A stretch of 64,000 bases of DNA, from assembly GCA_012959805.1 (NCBI GenBank), contig DUCN01000098.1, positions 69,646 to 133,645 of the forward strand. The letters run 5' to 3'. The translations under genes were made by a program, and so were the position numbers. The notes under the pieces are model-generated. The model was not told where the DNA came from and did not search any database. It saw only the letters and a program-made list of their open reading frames with translations. The stretch is from Myxococcales bacterium. Its GTDB lineage: Bacteria > Myxococcota_A > UBA9160 > UBA4427. Below are positions 62,313-64,000 of the stretch, piece by piece; within the stretch, counting starts at the first letter, position 1; the number at the start of each line of letters is the position of its first letter.

Positions 62313-64000
62313 TCGCGATCTCCGATCGCGGCGCTTTCCCGTGATAAATGGGTCGAGGGAGTCGATGAAGCTCCTGGCCGCGACTGGACAGGGGGTCCGG
62401 TGCTCACGGGCGGCGGCAGTTCTTCATTTCGCTGTGCGGATGAGGGCATGTCGTGGGCGGGCGGGCGATCGACTTCGGCGTTAGGCGACTTCGATAGGCG
62501 GGGGACGGGATAGCGGTCGAGTTCGGCGTAGAGGGCAATCTGAGTGAGTGGGCCGGCCATGCCGTCGGCGACGAGGCCGCTCTTTCGCTGAAATTCAATG
62601 AGAGCGGATCGGGTGGCGGTGTCGAAGGAGCCGTTCGCGCTGCCGCGGAAAAAATGGAGTTCCGAGAGTGAGCGCTGGAGCCAGAGGACGCCTCGACCTT
62701 GGCCGCCGATTGCCAGGAGGTCGGGGACCGGCTCATAGCGTTCCCAAACGATGATTCCGGTTTCGAGCCAGTGGTTGGCGAGGTCAAGCACTGGGACGGT
62801 GACGATTCGGCCGCTGATCAGCCCGGCCAGCCGAGCGCGGTCGCCGACGAAGCCCGTGATAGCGAGCCATCGAGGTGCGGTCGCATTCTTAGCGGTGGGA
62901 AGAGCTGATGGCGAGCGCGCTGGTGACGGACGAACAGGAAGAAGCGGAAGCAGAACGGGATGGTCGAGGCGGTGCAGCAATTCGATCGAGCCACCAGCGA
63001 AAGATGTTGCTGTTAGGCCGCGTTCTTCGATGCCGGCCTGGAGCATCTCTGGATCTGTGGGGGGGGCTGTGAGCCGCGGAACGCGGCGGCCGAATCGCTC
63101 GAGGACGGCGCGCTGGCTCTCCCCCATGGCAACTCTTTCGTCTCGGCTTTCAAGAAGCTTAGCGAGAAGGCCCGGTGCGAGAGCGAGGATTTCGGATCTC
63201 GGAGGTTTGAGAATCGGGAGAGCAACCGCCGAAGCGATGAGCTGACGCCGATCGCCCGAGTTCGCGCGTTCGCGGTTCGGCCCCTGAACTTCCATTGGCA
63301 TCGCGTCTGAGGTAGGCCTCGATAGGAAGCTCGAATCGCTCCCGGATTCCGGCGGCACATAATCAACCATTCGAGCGAGCGTTGGATCGTCATCGCGCGC
63401 CTCGGCAAGCTGTGCCGTGTCCGGGCGCGCCGGATCATTGCGGTCCCGCAAATAATTTGTGCCGACAGCGGGGAGTCCGGGGCCTACGGCGTCGCCCACG
63501 TTCAATCGTGAATCTGTGGAACTTCGAGGTTCAAGCGAGTCCAGGGTGTCGGTGGCGAGTTGGCGTGCATCTGGGTCCGATGCGAAAAGTTGGATGCCCG
63601 GCAAGAAGGACTGTGCTGCGTTGGCCAAACCATGTCGGCCGACTTGTATCCCGGCGTATGTCGCAGTCATGACGAGCGCGAGGCTTGCGATGGCGACAAA
63701 GGAGGGGCGCATCCAAGACGACCTGTGGAGTTCACCTTCGCCGCGGCGTCTCGCGTCGGGAATTTCACGGGCCGCCGCGCGGATGAGTCCGGGGCGGACT
63801 AGCGTTTTTCGAGAGGCATAACCGGCCAGCAGCGCGCGGTCACAGAGTTGGTTGATCAGGCGCGGAATGCCCCCTGTGCGACGATGGACTTCGCGGAGCG
63901 CGGCGTCGCTAAAGAGCTCCTTGGGAAGGCCCGCGGCGATAGCGACTCGATGCCTAACATAGGCACGGGTCTCTTCGCGCGTGAGGGCTTCGAGTTTCCA
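62309..64000 (-). CDS. ExeA/GspA-like AAA+ protein with C-terminal peptidoglycan-binding domain (5' end beyond the right edge)
   Basis: The frame is open from 64000: ..EETRAYVRHRVAIAAGLPKELFSDAALREVHRRTGGIPRLINQLCDRALLAGY.. (end of the ExeA ATPase domain). Then a TM helix, then PG_binding_1-like LQRSLSELHFFRGSANGSFDTATRSALIEFQRKSGLVADGMAGPLT. The ORF track shows only the part from the internal Met at 63712. Confidence 0.75.
   Translation of the reverse strand, partial: WKLEALTREETRAYVRHRVAIAAGLPKELFSDAALREVHRRTGGIPRLINQLCDRALLAGYASRKTLVRPGLIRAAAREIPDARRRGEGELHRSSWMRPSFVAIASLALVMTATYAGIQVGRHGLANAAQSFLPGIQLFASDPDARQLATDTLDSLEPRSSTDSRLNVGDAVGPGLPAVGTNYLRDRNDPARPDTAQLAEARDDDPTLARMVDYVPPESGSDSSFLSRPTSDAMPMEVQGPNRERANSGDRRQLIASAVALPILKPPRSEILALAPGLLAKLLESRDERVAMGESQRAVLERFGRRVPRLTAPPTDPEMLQAGIEERGLTATSFAGGSIELLHRLDHPVLLPLLPVRPSPARSPSALPTAKNATAPRWLAITGFVGDRARLAGLISGRIVTVPVLDLANHWLETGIIVWERYEPVPDLLAIGGQGRGVLWLQRSLSELHFFRGSANGSFDTATRSALIEFQRKSGLVADGMAGPLTQIALYAELDRYPVPRLSKSPNAEVDRPPAHDMPSSAQRNEELPPPVSTGPPVQSRPGASSTPSTHLSRESAAIGDRE

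Noticed and set aside
1-64000. Mobile elements, prophage, or defence or toxin-antitoxin systems.
   Set aside because: I recognised no transposase, integrase, recombinase, phage structural, restriction-modification, Cas or toxin-like ORF on either strand. The XRE-family gene has no plausible toxin partner.

Overview
This is a GC-rich bacterial chromosomal segment with about 60 supportable genes. Judged by eye, it looks like a Gram-negative, sigma-54-using, aerobic lineage; composition was not computed. I found no transposase, integrase, phage, CRISPR, rRNA or intact tRNA gene. Most of the content is housekeeping or accessory metabolism: a cytochrome c / oxidase-subunit-II edge, PhoD, a P450, serS-selB, gpsA, feoAB, SulP plus a carbonic-anhydrase-like protein, two LysR regulators, msrB, aat, a LOG-family gene, a Cys/Met PLP enzyme, ogt, an NtrC-type regulator, gshB, PBP1A, a histidine kinase, a rhomboid protease, a glpD / AGPS-like / glpK operon, and an ExeA/ExeB pair. 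Two things stand out. (1) A tightly packed seven-gene operon (13286-21083, minus strand) encodes only complex-I membrane-arm homologues (A-like?, H, J, K, L, M, N). It has no B/C/D/I or E/F/G genes, and most canonical proton-relay residues are substituted even though every reading frame is intact. (2) There are unusually many gene relics: genes that keep recognisable N- and C-terminal blocks but have lost their cores or carry stops or frameshifts. These include a cytochrome c peroxidase, a VOC protein, an Lhr C-terminus, a 2-hydroxyacid dehydrogenase, GNAT and GFA genes, and a DUF1304 gene. Smaller oddities are a beta-carbonic-anhydrase-like protein lacking the Asp/Arg dyad, an MprF-like flippase fused to a Thr-nucleophile sulfatase-fold domain, a 15-bp x5 tandem repeat, and a tRNA-like 3' fragment. 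All family calls rest on motif reading and remembered homologues, not on searches.
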